Source: Octopus bimaculoides | Lineage: Eukaryota | NCBI RefSeq assembly: GCF_001194135.2 | Contig: NC_068999.1 | Coordinates: 16,201,755 to 16,265,754 of the forward strand | Length of the DNA: 64,000 nucleotides | Direction of reading: 5' to 3' | The notes under the pieces: generated by a model | Databases searched by the model: none | What the model was told of the DNA's origin: nothing | The model's input: the letters and a program-made list of their open reading frames with translations, nothing else | Shown here: positions 22,349-37,205 of the stretch, one piece after another | How positions within the stretch are numbered: position 1 is the first letter of the stretch | Layout of the letters: every line of letters begins with the position of its first letter | Made by a program: the position numbers and the translations under genes

Positions 22349-23480
22349 NNNNNNNNNNNNNNNNNNNNNNNNNNNNNNNNNNNNNNNNNNNNNNNNNNNN
22401 NNNNNNNNNNNNNNNNNNNNNNNNNNNNNNNNNNNNNNNNNNNNNNNNNNNNNNNNNNNNNNNNNNNNNNNNNNNNNNNNNNNNNNNNNNNNNNNNNNNN
22501 NNNNNNNNNNNNNNNNNNNNNNNNNNNNNNNNNNNNNNNNNNNNNNNNNNNNNNNNNNNNNNNNNNNNNNNNNNNNNNNNNNNNNNNNNNNNNNNNNNNN
22601 NNNNNNNNNNNNNNNNNNNNNNNNNNNNNNNNNNNNNNNNNNNNNNNNNNNNNNNNNNNNNNNNNNNNNNNNNNNNNNNNNNNNNNNNNNNNNNNNNNNN
22701 NNNNNNNNNNNNNNNNNNNNNNNNNNNNNNNNNNNNNNNNNNNNNNNNNNNNNNNNNNNNNNNNNNNNNNNNNNNNNNNNNNNNNNNNNNNNNNNNNNNN
22801 NNNNNNNNNNNNNNNNNNNNNNNNNNNNNNNNNNNNNNNNNNNNNNNNNNNNNNNNNNNNNNNNNNNNNNNNNNNNNNNNNNNNNNNNNNNNNNNNNNNN
22901 NNNNNNNNNNNNNNNNNNNNNNNNTGGTGGTGGTGGTGGTGGTGGCGGCGGCGGTGGCGGTGGTGGTGTTGGCGGTGGTGATGGCGGTTTCATGTGAGCT
23001 TGGCTTTGTTGGACGGAAGATCATAAGGTTTTATGGTCTAGTAATAATAATTTCACTACAGTAACAGTCTTTCAAGCCAAGAAATTTCAGTACCAGTAAA
23101 ACATACCTGCACATATAAATGAATATTTATATACAGAATACGTATATACACACACACACATACACACACTCACATACGCGCTCGCTTGCACACACACAGA
23201 TATACATATACTTACATACACATTTATAAGTTGTAATAATTAAATGAACCCAAATAGTGATATTTAAAATCATTTAATACGTAAGTTTCATGTTTACGCA
23301 ATATATAATCGAAAAATTACGTACGATACGACCTTCGTCAGCGTTTGGTAATGGTTTAACTTAGGAAGGCCTTAGGTAATGGAGGTATTTCTTATTATAT
23401 ATTACACAGGTATGCCTGGATGTACATGTGGAATCCCCAAATATACGCAGGGTATAAAGAAATAAATTTTAATAGAAGGT

Positions 23481-23675
23481 GGATTGAACAGGCTTTATTA
23501 CAAATTGCAGCAATGGATTCAACACATCATTACAAGTTGTTAATTGTTGTATACAGCTATTGTTGAATCAGACTGCGGTATTGTGAACAATTTATGTAAC
23601 ACCCAGCAATAAATAAATAGAAGATAATGATATATTGAAACAGGTGTAGTGATTTGTAATAAACCTGTTCAATCC
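23481..23675. repeat. Short inverted repeat (about 25 bp arms) around a ~146 bp spacer; possible decayed MITE
   Basis: ggattgaacaggctttattacaaat (23481-23505) versus atttgtaataaacctgttcaatcc (23652-23675), with one indel. Confidence 0.5.
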
Positions 23676-24952
23676 AATCTATCTTATGAAAATGTGTTCA
23701 CAATATGTGTGTGTGTATTCATATATATATATATATANNNNNNNNNNNNNNNNNNNNNNNNNNNNNNNNNNNNNNNNNNNNNNNNNNNNNNNNNNNNNNN
23801 NNNNNNNNNNNNNNNNNNNNNNNNNNNNNNNNNNNNNNNNNNNNNNNNNNNNNNNNNNNNNNNNNNNNNNNNNNNNNNNNNNNNNNNNNNNNNNNNNNNN
23901 NNNNNNNNNNNNNNNNNNNNNNNNNNNNNNNNNNNNNNNNNNNNNNNNNNNNNNNNNNNNNNNNNNNNNNNNNNNNNNNNNNNNNNNNNNNNNNNNNNNN
24001 NNNNNNNNNNNNNNNNNNNNNNNNNNNNNNNNNNNNNNNNNNNNNNNNNNNNNNNNNNNNNNNNNNNNNNNNNNNNNNNNNNNNNNNNNNNNNNNNNNNN
24101 NNNNNNNNNNNNNNNNNNNNNNNNNNNNNNNNNNNNNNNNNNNNNNNNNNNNNNNNNNNNNNNNNNNNNNNNNNNNNNNNNNNNNNNNNNNNNNNNNNNN
24201 NNNNNNNNNNNNNNNNNNNNNNNNNNNNNNNNNNNNNNNNNNNNNNNNNNNNNNNNNNNNNNNNNNNNNNNNNNNNNNNNNNNNNNNNNNNNNNNNNNNN
24301 NNNNNNNNNNNNNNNNNNNNNNNNNNNNNNNNNNNNNNGCATGAGCGTGTGTGTATTTGATTACATGGTTATCGTACAAGTGTCTAAATATTTTTCAAAG
24401 GCAATAATGAAAATCATAAGATGATCAAATTTTGTAAAAATAAATTTTAATAAAAATAATAATTATAGTATTAATAATTACGATATTAATTAAAGAAACC
24501 AACGACCGATACCTGCTGTGATACATTCAACACCAACGAACTAATGCAAAGAAAATAACAACAACAACACTAAATAAAACGGTAAAATCGATTACTCAAG
24601 AATTGGTATGAGGTTGTATGCATTCGCGAATTCTTTTATTGAAAATACTCATTAAGTCAGCAACCACGATTATGACAACGACGACGAGTAAAAGAACGTG
24701 AAGTGGGACAAGTGCGAGGGAGGGGGTCAAGTAGAACGAGCAGTGTGATAGTGAAATTGTAATACTGGGATTAGTGCATTGTTGACAGCAAAGTCCCCAA
24801 CAAATGTTATATTATAAGCATGATAGCAAATATTGTTAACAAAGAAAAAGCACTTTTGTAGGATGAAGACCGAGATAAACAGATGTGTAAACACACATAT
24901 ACTTACGCTTAGCGCTTGGGGAACATACACGCACACGTATGTCTATATATAT

Positions 24953-25394
<442 letters not shown>

Positions 25395-26760
25395 ATTATT
25401 CAGTTTTTTTCAAGATTGTTTTACCTATAGAGAAAAACCGGTTTGTAACCTAGATCCAAGGTTCTTTCATTGAAATTTCAACATCAACAACAAGGTATTT
25501 TTGCTTGTTTGTATGTATGTATGTATGTATGTATGTATGTATGTGTAGATTTATATTTTTTATGTAATGTGTATATGTATATATGTATGTATGTTTGTGT
25601 GTATGTATGAATGTATGTATGTCTGTGTGTATGTATGTGTTTATGTACATGTGCCCCTATGCATTTCTCGCTCTGCATATTACGATGACTCGAATCGTGA
25701 CTCAAGACGGAAACAAAAGAAAGCTACAGAAATCTTAGGTGAATGCATCAAGAAATCAGTAAATTAAAGAGGATCATTCAAAGACAACAGATCTAGGATC
25801 TCCCACCCACTTACTACCAATTCTTCTTCTCTAAATGTACAGTACCACAAATTTTATGGGGCTGACGTGTCATCAATGCATGTTATTTTTTTTTTTTACT
25901 CAAACTTCTTGCATTGTTACAACTGATAACTCACAATTAAGAAGTTCATTCATATAAGAAGACAGTATTTTTCCTTACTAAATTCAATACATATGTTCTT
26001 TCGAAGCTGATAGTTCATTTCCTTGTTATTCGAAGATTTTCCACTTGTACGAGTTCGTGCAAGTAACGCAGATAATAATGAATCATCTGCTTTGAATGGA
26101 GTATTATCAGCTAAATATATTGAGTTGTTTATCCCTATTATGCTCTTCTACANNNNNNNNNNNNNNNNNNNNNNNNNNNNNNNNNNNNNNNNNNNNNNNN
26201 NNNNNNNNNNNNNNNNNNNNNNNNNNNNNNNNNNNNNNNNNNNNNNNNNNNNNNNNNNNNNNNNNNNNNNNNNNNNNNNNNNNNNNNNNNNNNNNNNNNN
26301 NNNNNNNNNNNNNNNNNNNNNNNNNNNNNNNNNNNNNNNNNNNNNNNNNNNNNNNNNNNNNNNNNNNNNNNNNNNNNNNNNNNNNNNNNNNNNNNNNNNN
26401 NNNNNNNNNNNNNNNNNNNNNNNNNNNNNNNNNNNNNNNNNNNNNNNNNNNNNNNNNNNNNNNNNNNNNNNNNNNNNNNNNNNNNNNNNNNNNNNNNNNN
26501 NNNNNNNNNNNNNNNNNNNNTATATATATATATATATATATATGCATACAAATATATACATGTATATGTTTATAAGTCTGTGTGTGTATATATACATTCG
26601 TAATTGGTAAGGTATTTCTCCAAACGTTGACCGGTTTGTTCACAGTTAGATGTTCAAAATAGGTTAATCAACACTTTGCATATAAATCCAGTAATAATTT
26701 TTATTTAAGAATTAAGTGATATATTACGTTGGATTACTCTAAACATATTACCTTTAACCA

Positions 26761-28025
26761 TATAAGTTTCCTGGAGTATTTAATATCAAAAATGATGATG
26801 ATGATGATGATGATGTACTAACTACCGAAATGAAAACGACAATTCAGGTGTCTATCAGAAGGTTGAGGAAGCTAATGAAGTCGAAGCTAAATGGTCGGAA
26901 TCTAGTGAAGGCTGTAAATACTTGGGCAGTATAGTTACTTAGATATTCAGCAGCTTTTGTAGATTGGACAAAGCTGAATTAGCAAAGCTTAAAAGAAGAA
27001 CTAGGAAGGAGTTCAATATGAATGGAGGGCTCCACCTAGGAGCAGGAGTAGCAAGATTATACGTATCTAGAAAGGAAGACGGAAGAGGGTAGGTATCAGT
27101 AGAAGACTGCGTGGAGTTAGCTAGAATAGATATTGACTCCTATGTAGGTAGTAGTGATGAACGTTTATTAAAAGCTGCTAAAGTCACAGCAAGACATAGG
27201 GAAACCAAAAATCCAAGCGAAGTTAAAAACCAGGAAAAAGAACAAAAGTTATCTGAATGGCAGAAGGCGGTACATGGTAGATTCCCAAAGATAGTTGCAA
27301 AAAATACTAGTAGTGAGACATAGTTATGGTTGCAGAAAGGAAAGCTAAAGAGGGAGGCACAAAGTTTGCTAGTAGCTGCATATGATCAAGCATTAAGGAA
27401 TAATTGCGTAAATGACAAGATAAACAAAACCAAGTACATTCCCCGTGTAGATTATGCAAATCAAAAGACGAAAGCGTTATTCACATAAGTGAATATAGCA
27501 AGCTGGCACAGAAAGAAAGACATGACAATATAGGGAGAATAAACCATTGAGAGCTATGTAGAAAGCTAAGATTTGAACACACTAATAAATACTATGAACA
27601 TAAACCTAGTAAATTACTAGAAAGTAAGAAATATAAGGTGTTGTGGGACTTTAACATTGAGACTGGCAGAGTAACATAATCTAGAAGGCCTGATTTAGTA
27701 GTAGTTTGATAAAGACAATAGAAAGTGCCAGATAACTGACTTTATAAACCCATTAGATGAAAACATTAATATGAGAAGTATTAAAAAAGTAGCAAAGTAC
27801 CAGGACCTAGATTTTGAATTATAAGGTCTATGGAAAGTGTGGGTAAAATATATCCTAGTAGTTATAGGTGCGTTGTGAACTAAAGATCTGAACAGATGGA
27901 TAGAGGAAATAGGCATAAAATGCAGATTAGTACAGCTCCTGAAAACAGTGTTTTTAAGGACAACTAGGATAAATAGGAGGGTTCTTGGCATCTAAGGTTA
28001 CTTGTTGTGGCCCGATATTAGGATT
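26761..28025 (+). pseudogene. 5'-truncated, decayed R4/Dong-clade non-LTR retrotransposon (RT thumb, zinc knuckle, restriction-like endonuclease)
   Basis: Manual translation: KLNGRNLVKAVNTWAV*LLRYSAAFVDW...RLYVSRKEDGRG...WQKAVHGRF...CRLCKSKDESVIHI...KVLWDFNIET...RRPDLVV..DKDNRKCQITDF...KVAKYQDL...VVIGAL...RRVLGI*. Multiple stops and frameshifts. Confidence 0.85.
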
Positions 28026-28384
28026 TGTTTTCTTTTCCAACAGTCTAACCTTGTTACGAAGTAGCATTAGAATTACCTTTAATTCGTCTCTATATATAAT
28101 TACAGCCTCAAATAAACCTACATATGTTTCTACTGCATCAGTTAGTAACCGTTGCAATTTCAACCGTACTATGATACCGGTTTTCCTTTTGAGATTTAAG
28201 TAGTGAAAGTTTTACATTGACTTTCTTTGCGTTCAATGATGTCGAATTCTATGTTAATTCAGACACGAACGATCTTCAGTTTCAAGTATTGATTGGATAA
28301 TCACTTGTTTATTCCTTGTAGTCAGTTATTTCAAAAAAGTTCATTGCCTAAATCTATATAACTGATTTATTTACATATAAATAT

Positions 28385-28530
28385 GTATGTATATATGTAT
28401 GTGTATGTGTGTATGCATGTATGTATGCATCTGTGTATATGCATGCATGTATGTAGTATGTGTGTATATGTATGTTTGTATGTATGCATATGTATCTGTA
28501 TGCATGAATGAATTATATGTGTATACCTGT
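28385..28530 (+). repeat. (ATGT/GTAT)n-type simple repeat
   Basis: Directly visible. Confidence 0.85.
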
Positions 28531-28769
28531 GTGAAGTATATTTTCTTTTACTTATTTCTGTTACTAGAGATTTTCCATGCTTGGGTACCACCTTCAAGAG
28601 GTATTAATGAGACATATCGACCTCCGGACTTACTTTTGAAATACCTTGTATACACACACAAACACACAATATACATATATATGCGTTTGTGTGTATGTGT
28701 GTGTATGTGTGTGTGTGAATGTGTGTGTGTTTCTGTGTATGTGTATGTGTTTCTGTGTATGTGTGTGTA

Positions 28770-28882
28770 TAGATTTGGCGGGTTTCCACACAGATTCTGT
28801 GCATCAAGTTCACTGATAACCCGTTGATCTTCCCGGGCCACAATTGAAGACACTTGTTCATGGCACTGCGCAGTGGGACTGT
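28770..28882 (-). mobile_element. Decayed fragment of a family-A-related SINE
   Basis: tttccacacagattc...aagttcact.ataa...gg.cc.gggc...gaagacacttg.....gcactgcgcagtgggactg. Confidence 0.55.
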
Positions 28883-31800
28883 GATATATGTATATGCATG
28901 TATGTAATGCATGCATATATATATGTGTGTAGACCTGTGAGTGAGTGTGAGTGTGTGCCTGTGTTTGTCTGTGATTGTGTGTGCGCGCGTGAGTGCATGT
29001 ATCTCTTTTCGTGTGTGCATCTAAATAAACTTATTCATAGAATTGTAGAAACCATTCTTGATTCTCTTCATGATGATATTCACGCTTGTTAGTGGTTTAT
29101 GACTTTCACTTTTTCTCTTCAGTTTATTTTCACTAAACAACTGTTCGCATGTAAAGTATTTGTGGGCATTTTTTCCTGATGACAAAACGAAGAGCCTTAT
29201 GCCTTGTGTAGTAATTATAATGGTCGGCATAACATGTCATCGCTACATTATTTGTAGACCGGTAGAGAATGCAAATAGAAAGCATTGTTAAATCATATCT
29301 CTTCAGTTTTCTTTATTATTTTCTAAATTTATAATTCTCCTGAAGTTTATTAAAAATTTTGTATTATCCGATAGCTAGATATATACACAAAATACTATAT
29401 CGCAATTAATCTTGCTCCAGAGATCTTCAATTAAAATATGTTTACTTAAAATACCAAGATCGCTCCTGCTGTAATTTTAATTTTTAAAGAAGTCTTTAAT
29501 TTTTAAAGAATTCTTTGACAGAACTTTTTTCCCATGTCATCAGCTAAATTCTAACTCAGAACAAAGAAGTCTCCAGCAATTTACTGGAAAAGAATGACAA
29601 TGGCGTAAATTTTCTTTCTTTTTTTTTTATGTTTGCTTGCTTTTACTTCTGCCGTCAGCTGTGTTGTCAAGACTACATTCAGAATTAGAGGATAGAAATT
29701 CTCTTACAATCAAAATAAACGTAGAGCGTATGAACAGAACCTACAGTAGAAATATTAAACAAAACAGAAGAAATATCGATTTTACTTGGTTAGGCACCGG
29801 ATGATTTGTTGAATTCTCATCAAATAATACACACTTGATAGCTCAAACTTGCCAAAACTGGCAGTGGGAACTCTTTGAAATCTCGCTCTATTATTATTTT
29901 AAAGAAAGTATTGGATAAATGCAATCGTCATTGCATTATGTCTGGGAAAAAAATCGAAATGGTCATGGTTGGGCTGTCATCAATAGCAATTATTTTTTTT
30001 TTTCTATATGCAGTTAAAGTAAAAGCCTCTGCTTCACAATGTTCTCTTCTTACTAAAAATTCCACATTCATTTTTTTCCTCGTATCATCGAACATTTAGT
30101 TTCCTACATTTCGCACTAACCAGTTATTCTGATATCTGCACCTTTATCTGCCCACAATGTCAACCCAACAAGAATTCACTCCCCGAACGTGTTTTATTTC
30201 ATCAGATGTCGACATCAACCGCAACATCTGTCAATTCTGAAAGACCTTGTGAGGGTCACTGTCACCCTCTTTCCTCCTAATACCAGAAAGAAAAAAAAAA
30301 CTATATTGTAAGGATGAGCGAGGGTTTAGTTCATTACAGGGTCACGTATTGCTTCTAATATAGAATCATCTTTTGAACAGATTATTTGTATATCATAAAT
30401 ATTCTAGGTAATATTACAGATACTTATTCTACTAACTCCACTATTTGGGAAGCACAGTCGATCATGCAATTATTTTCAATGAGGTTTTTAGTTTGGAGTT
30501 GTATTGTTTTCTAACACTCTCTAAAATGTTCAATATTTGATTATTGTTTTTCCTGACGATGTACTTACACCTGCGCCCATATGTCAAGCAAGAAATTACC
30601 TTTGTTCTACGTTAGAAACGGTCTGAGAATCGGTAACTAGATAATGATGCAAACTAGAAGATGAGCAGTTGTTCATTTAATACATAGCGAGCTAAAATTC
30701 TGCCAATCGTTACTTTGTGTTTATTGAGGCTGCGTAGCGGATGATTATGAAAAAGGAGTATATGATAAAATATTAAAATACCTTTGAACAAAGTGAGGCC
30801 AATAAAATAAGTATTTGTGTAAAATAATGTATGACATCGAAATGACAGAGTAATATCTTAAACGTGTTGTGACAGTATGGCCGAATTCTAATATCGTATT
30901 TGCAAATTACATTATTACAAAATAACTTTATTGACAAACCAATGGTAAGTGAATATATTCTGTATTAATAGTGTCTACTTTGCATTTTGTTATTCTGAGA
31001 TTCACCTCTGAGACTAATTCGAAAACAGAGTAGCTCACAGTGTGAAAACCGATACAATAGTTGAGAAAATAATAACGGAGGTTTGTAAGATGGCTAGAAG
31101 GAGAGAGGCGAAGTACTATGTTGTAGTTATTAGATCAACGATAATACCATTTTTAATTATTTATGTATGTATTTACATTTCTGTCAGAGCGGGAAGCACA
31201 GATTCTATGACCTTGATTTTTTAATTGTTTACAAGTCGCTTGGAGGAGGACAGAAAGTGTTTCTTAATGAGAAAAAATACCAGAAATGTTTGCAACAGAT
31301 CAAACATTACTGGAGGCTTACAAAAAGCTGATTTGTTTTGTGCTGAATGAAAATGCACTAGAATGCAGAACACAAAAAGCTGGAATCAAATTAGTGAAGT
31401 ATATCTTGCGACACTCTAATCTGACATTAATCTCTCGCCCAAGAATGGTACATTATTTATTGTCTCTGAAATTGTCATAGATAGATGGTTTCTACGGAAT
31501 TTCAGTTGGAAATTCTACAGAACACAAGAAAATAACGCAAGACATTCTATTCTATATTCAAAGGAGTACCAATTCACCGGCGAAGTACTTGTTATAAAAA
31601 TGGACGTTTTAATTCAAATATTTGCAACATCTGCGTGAGTCTATAGGGGACTAGTCTAGGCTCTGCAATCACAGACATAGTGTACATCCACACACCTGCC
31701 TTTTGCACGAATTTCATTCACAAGTTGAGGAGTAAATCTAGACCTCAAGCTTTGCCCGATCATCGAAGCATGCCACGATCAACCTCTCACTTACTGGCGA

Positions 31801-31998
31801 ACAAAGTACAACACCTGTGCACGATTCAATTCGAGGAAACGAACGAGAAACAAGATGGGATGCACACATTTTAATCACACATATACATGTTCGAACGTGC
31901 GCGCACACTAAAGCACACATACTCGTACAATATCTCTCTATCTCTCTCCCTCTGTCTGTCCGTCTATATATATATATATATATATACATACATATACA

Positions 31999-32089
<91 letters not shown>

Positions 32090-32676
32090 ATNNNNNNNNN
32101 NNNNNNNNNNNNNNNNNNNNNNNNNNNNNNNNNNNNNNNNNNNNNNNNNNNNNNNNNNNNNNNNNNNNNNNNNNNNNNNNNNNNNNNNNNNNNNNNNNNN
32201 NNNNNNNNNNNNNNNNNNNNNNNNNNNNNNNNNNNNNNNNNNNNNNNNNNNNNNNNNNNNNNNNNNNNNNNNNNNNNNNNNNNNNNNNNNNNNNNNNNNN
32301 NNNNNNNNNNNNNNNNNNNNNNNNNNNNNNNNNNNNNNNNNNNNNNNNNNNNNNNNNNNNNNNNNNNNNNNNNNNNNNNNNNNNNNNNNNNNNNNNNNNN
32401 NNNNNNNNNNNNNNNNNNNNNNNNNNNNNNNNNNNNNNNNNNNNNNNNNNNNNNNNNNNNNNNNNNNNNNNNNNNNNNNNNNNNNNNNNNNNNNNNNNNN
32501 NNCAGAGCAATTAGGAAGTCTTTGAAGTTTTCCTAAGAACATGATGCAGCGGCATTTAAGTGTTATAGCAGTGCCAACATTGACAAAAGTAGTAACAGAC
32601 GAGCTAATGAGGTAGCCTTTACTTGCTGGGTGAAGTGCTAGAAACTGCAGTGAATCCGCCCTGAAATAACACCCAA

Positions 32677-33072
32677 TACTCTCTTTTTACTGTTTCAGTC
32701 ATTTGACTGCGGCCATGCTGGAGCACCGCCTTTTTAATCGAGAAAATCGACCCCAGGATTTATTCTTTGGAAGCCTAGTACTTATTCTATCGGTTTCCTT
32801 TTGCCGAACCGCTAACTTACGGGGACGTAAACACACCACCATCGGTTGTCAAGGGATGCTGGGGTGACAAATACAGACACACAAAAATATACACATACAT
32901 ATACATATATATATACGACGGGCTTCTTTCAGCTTCCGTCTACCAAATCCACTCACAAAGCCTTGGTCGGCCCGAGGCTAGAGTAGAAGACACTTGCCCA
33001 AGGTGCCACGCAGTGGGAATGAACCCGGAACCATGTGGTTGGTAAGCAAGCTGCTTACCACACAGCCACTCC
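32677..33072 (-). mobile_element. Family-A SINE, full length and the least diverged copy
   Basis: gtttcagtcatttgactgcggccatgctggagcaccgcc...ccttggtcggcccgaggcta.agtagaagacacttgcccaaggtgccacgcagtggga.tgaacccggaaccatgtggttggtaagcaagct.cttaccacacagccactcc. Confidence 0.92.
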
Positions 33073-33509
33073 TTAAATATGAAATTAGGGATACATTAGA
33101 TAACTAGTCGAGGTATCGGCAGAGATTTTAGATCTACGGGCAGCAATTCTTGTAGAATCTAGCTACCGATCTTTATGTCCTGATTTCAAATCGTACTTGG
33201 ATTTTAAAATATATATATCGCCGTATAATCCGCCCCCACGATCTACAGAATGGCTACAAATACTGTGTTTGATATGTATGCCCGTATAAAGTATCATCGA
33301 AGTAAATGGAATTTTACCATAATATCAGATAAAGAGAAAGACAGAAAGAAAGAAGGGAATAAAGAAAGGAAAGGAAAAGAAGCAGTATGTAGTGTTGTCC
33401 TATCTATATTTCTCAAGGGAAAAACCAAAATGGTATGATCACAGCTGGAAAAAAATCTTTGATCATAGATCTGCCCAATTCGAGTTCTTTTGCAATAGGT
33501 TTGTAAATA

Positions 33510-33780
33510 ACATCATCGTCATCGTCGTCGTCGTCGTCATCATCGTCGTCGTCGTCGTCGTCGTCGTCATCGACGCTGTCGTCGTCATATCATCATCATT
33601 ATGTATATCATGTGTATCATCATCATCATCATCATTATTAGCAAGAGGAGCATCGTGAACAGCTGTAGCATCGTCATCCTCATCCTCATCGTCGTCGTCG
33701 TAGTCGTTGTCATCATCGTCGTTGTCATCATCATCATCAAGTCAACAACAGCAACAACAGCGTTATCATCGTCAACATAG

Positions 33781-33815
<35 letters not shown>

Positions 33816-33988
33816 TACGGAGAGAAGCTTCTTTAGTACCAATATCATGAACTTATTATCTGTGGCTGACGCATGTATCCTTTAAATAGGTTACATTCTC
33901 GGGTGAACCTGAACGAGGATGCGAACTAGGGATAGCAATATTTCGACAAATTACGGAGTGACAGCAGTAGCAGCAGCAGTATTAGTGC

Positions 33989-34042
<54 letters not shown>

Positions 34043-34100
34043 CAGTAGCAGCAGAAGCAGCAGCAGCAGCAGCAGCAACACCAGCAGCAGTAGCAGAAAC
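33510..34100 (+). repeat. (CAT/CGT)n followed by (AGT/AGC)n microsatellites
   Basis: Directly visible. Confidence 0.9.
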
Positions 34101-36059
34101 ACCAGCAAAATATTCCACACGCATTTTTTGTCATCACTAACTGACTGATGTGGATATTGTGACCGCAGAAAGAGTAGCCGGAATCCGCACAAAAATGACC
34201 AATAAAAAGGTTGCTTTAAATTATGTTTGCAATAATGATTAGAATCGTTGCAGTTAATTGAACTATTATTGAAATGTAATAACAATAACAATGATTATTT
34301 GAAAGACAGCCTATTGAAGAAGCCGTACATGATTGCCGTTACACCTGCTAAAAATAATCCTCGTATGGCTATGATCAGCATTTAGTCTTTAGAAAATAGA
34401 TAGGAGATCTCGCTTCACAGAAACAAATTCGGGGTTTTGATCGCAGGTATGTCTTTACATTTAAGTGTCTCGCATCAGAACCAAAAACACAATTTTGTCC
34501 TCAATCACACCCAATCGCCTTCAAGATAGAAAGAATAAAAAAGGGAAGAAAGAGTGAGAGGAGAGGGGTTGACGGTCCATTAATGTGGTCGTGGGTTCCC
34601 TGCAACACGTTGGAAAAAGACATGTTGATCACGGTCTTTCATCCCATGTACGCTCCATCATGTTCCACCTCGGGTAAAAAGCACGGTAGCAAATATCAGT
34701 AAACAATGCATCACTTTTCTGAAATATTTTTAACGGTTAAATGCTGCAACAAAAGGTTTTTTTCTTTTATGATTATCATGAACATATCACTTTTTTTTTT
34801 TGCAACCTGAACTGAAACCCCATCGCTTTCGATTTTAGGTTTTTATACATTCGGAGAACCACTTATTTGATAGTTGCTGACGGCGACACCGTACAAAGTG
34901 GTTCAAGCAGCTAAATTGGCCTTAAAATCGTACTCTATTGTTTTAAAATTCTCAGAAATAAATTAAGACTAAATGATCACATCTGAAACAATATTGATCA
35001 TAAATATGTTCTGTCCGACATGTTGGAGACTTAACAACAAGACGCCAACTTTACCTGAACAAGTATCGTAATCCTTGGCACCAAAAACAAGGAGCAATAC
35101 AATTTTTTTTTAGTATCGGATTTTCGACGACAGAAATATTGAATACAGCTGAATAGGGCCCCTTACTACAAACAATGCTGAAAACGTGCATTGTTTAAAT
35201 GTTTTCACCAGTTAATTATAATTTTTGATATTTTTAATGTTATTTAATAATCTTTTCCTTGTTACAGGCATAGTGGTCATGCTAGGACACAGCATTAGGT
35301 TTTGTTTTACTTTTCTTTCTTGCTTTTTATTTATCATTTATTTATGCTTTCGAATACAGCGCCTCTAGAACGTTTCTTTGATTTGTGCATAAGACCGGTG
35401 GATTGATAGAACTGAGAGAGCGTCCGACAAAATGCATGTTCGAATCACATCGAGTTTGATTTTGACTTCCATACTACCTAACTCCTTTAAATAAACAGCT
35501 GATGTTTGCGTATACTTTAAATTTAATCGTCTACGTCTTCCATTGAAATGTCTAACTCAAATGTCTAAAGTCAAATTTCAAATTGGCTGGAGTATACGAG
35601 AATCAGACTTGCTGAATCGGCAGAGTGTTGTACAAATCACTCTCGGTATGAACGTACGTTCCACGCAAGAGTTAATATCTTCCCAGTTATAATACCGTGT
35701 TACGAGAACAAGGCTAGTCTGGTGATAAACAACGTTATCATCAACATCACCAAAAAACAGCAATACCACAATCGGAAATTAACATCAGCTTCCTTTATTA
35801 GTAAGTACAAGGAATGTACTGGGATCTCAAATAATACCATCTCACACATCCGATGCACAATTATGGCTGTGAGATATGCACGAAATTCAATTATATTAGA
35901 CACAGTAGTAACAGCAATGCACCGAATTAGCGGAGGTAGTGTGAATGTTGGATAGAATCCGCTGCGATATTCGTACCTGGCCTTTGCCTTCCGAGTTCAA
36001 ATCTTAGCAACGTCAACTAATGTTCGTCATTCCCAAAGACGATATATATATATATATTT

Positions 36060-36326
36060 ATAAGGTATAGTGTATATTTAAATACATAAGAGGAATCCAC
36101 TAATGGGATTCCTTGCGCTAGAAAGAACTGCTGGGTTCTAGGACCACAAAATTAGGGAAACCAATTTGGTCCAGGAACGATATGGTAAAAGTTTTGATTT
36201 TTCATTTCGTTACTTTTCGGGATTTTATCCCTAATTTTGTGGTTCTAGAACCTAGCAGTTTTTTCTAGTGTAAGGAATCCCATTAGTGGATTCCTTTTAT
36301 GAATTTCATTATACAGTGTACCTTAT
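36060..36326. mobile_element. MITE with ~100-bp imperfect terminal inverted repeats and subterminal palindromes
   Basis: Left arm taaggtatagtgtata...aggaatccactaatgggattcctt.cgctagaaa.aactgct.ggttctag.accacaaaattaggga pairs with right arm tccctaattttgtggttctagaacctagcagtttttctagtgtaaggaatcccattagtggattcct...tatacagtgtacctta. Confidence 0.85.
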
Positions 36327-36884
36327 GAGTAATTCATAGTCTTTGGACTAAACTTTTATACGCTAGGCCATTTGGGGATGAAATTTTATTAATTTCAATT
36401 TACCTTTGATACGATTAATTAATTATCTATCTATATATATATGTATATATATATAAACTCCCGTCCATTGCTTTTTTTTTTCTCTTCATGCGTTGTACTT
36501 GTATTCCAAATGTCACGTTCATTAGACGAGAAACTGAATTTAGATTAACCGTGCTTGTAGACATCTCAGTTACTTAATCTATAATTTCATGTGTATGTAT
36601 CCCGTTTAACGTGCAGTCAACTGCATATCATCAAGATCGTCGGAAAATCCACCAGTTGAGCATTTTTGATATCGTGTTATCCCCAAGATAGTCATGGTTG
36701 AGTAAATCTACTAACAACAGGCCTTACGTCAGTGATATTCCGTTATATTTTTCTGATTGAAACTATATAGCCCTTCCTTAATGAAATAATCCTATCTTTA
36801 TATTGTATATATTAAATTAAATAGGCAATTATATTTAGAGTGTAACTTGAGGAAAATGTTGTTGCTAACTGCGAGCAAGCCAAA

Positions 36885-37149
36885 CTACTCCTTAGATTGG
36901 TTTACTATAATTATAACAAGAATTTTAGAAGCAGTAGTTATTAATTCCTAGTAAGCTCGGATCGAGTAAACCTGCGACCATAAACGATCTGACAGAGACA
37001 TTTCCAACTAATTATCTTCTTCTCTGTTTCGTAATATGGTGCATCAGGTGCGCGACTCGGCATTTAAGATGTCACGGTGCGATTTTAGAAATGTATAGTT
37101 GCTATAATGATCATATCAAACGACCGGATAGGGGCTCAATGACTGCTCG

Positions 37150-37150
<1 letters not shown>
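36885..37150 (-). mobile_element. Family-D SINE-like repeat (decayed)
   Basis: Shares order and motifs (gatcgagtaaacct..gaccat...catttaagatgtcacggtgcgattt) with inverted copies at 42655-42890 and 48375-48562. Confidence 0.5.

Positions 37151-37205
<55 letters not shown>

Noticed and set aside
26023-26152. ORF start MLFEDFPLVRVRASN and the antisense LLARTRTSG (G-alpha-like switch motif)
   Set aside because: The similarity is only a few residues, the region runs into a gap, and there is no splice support.
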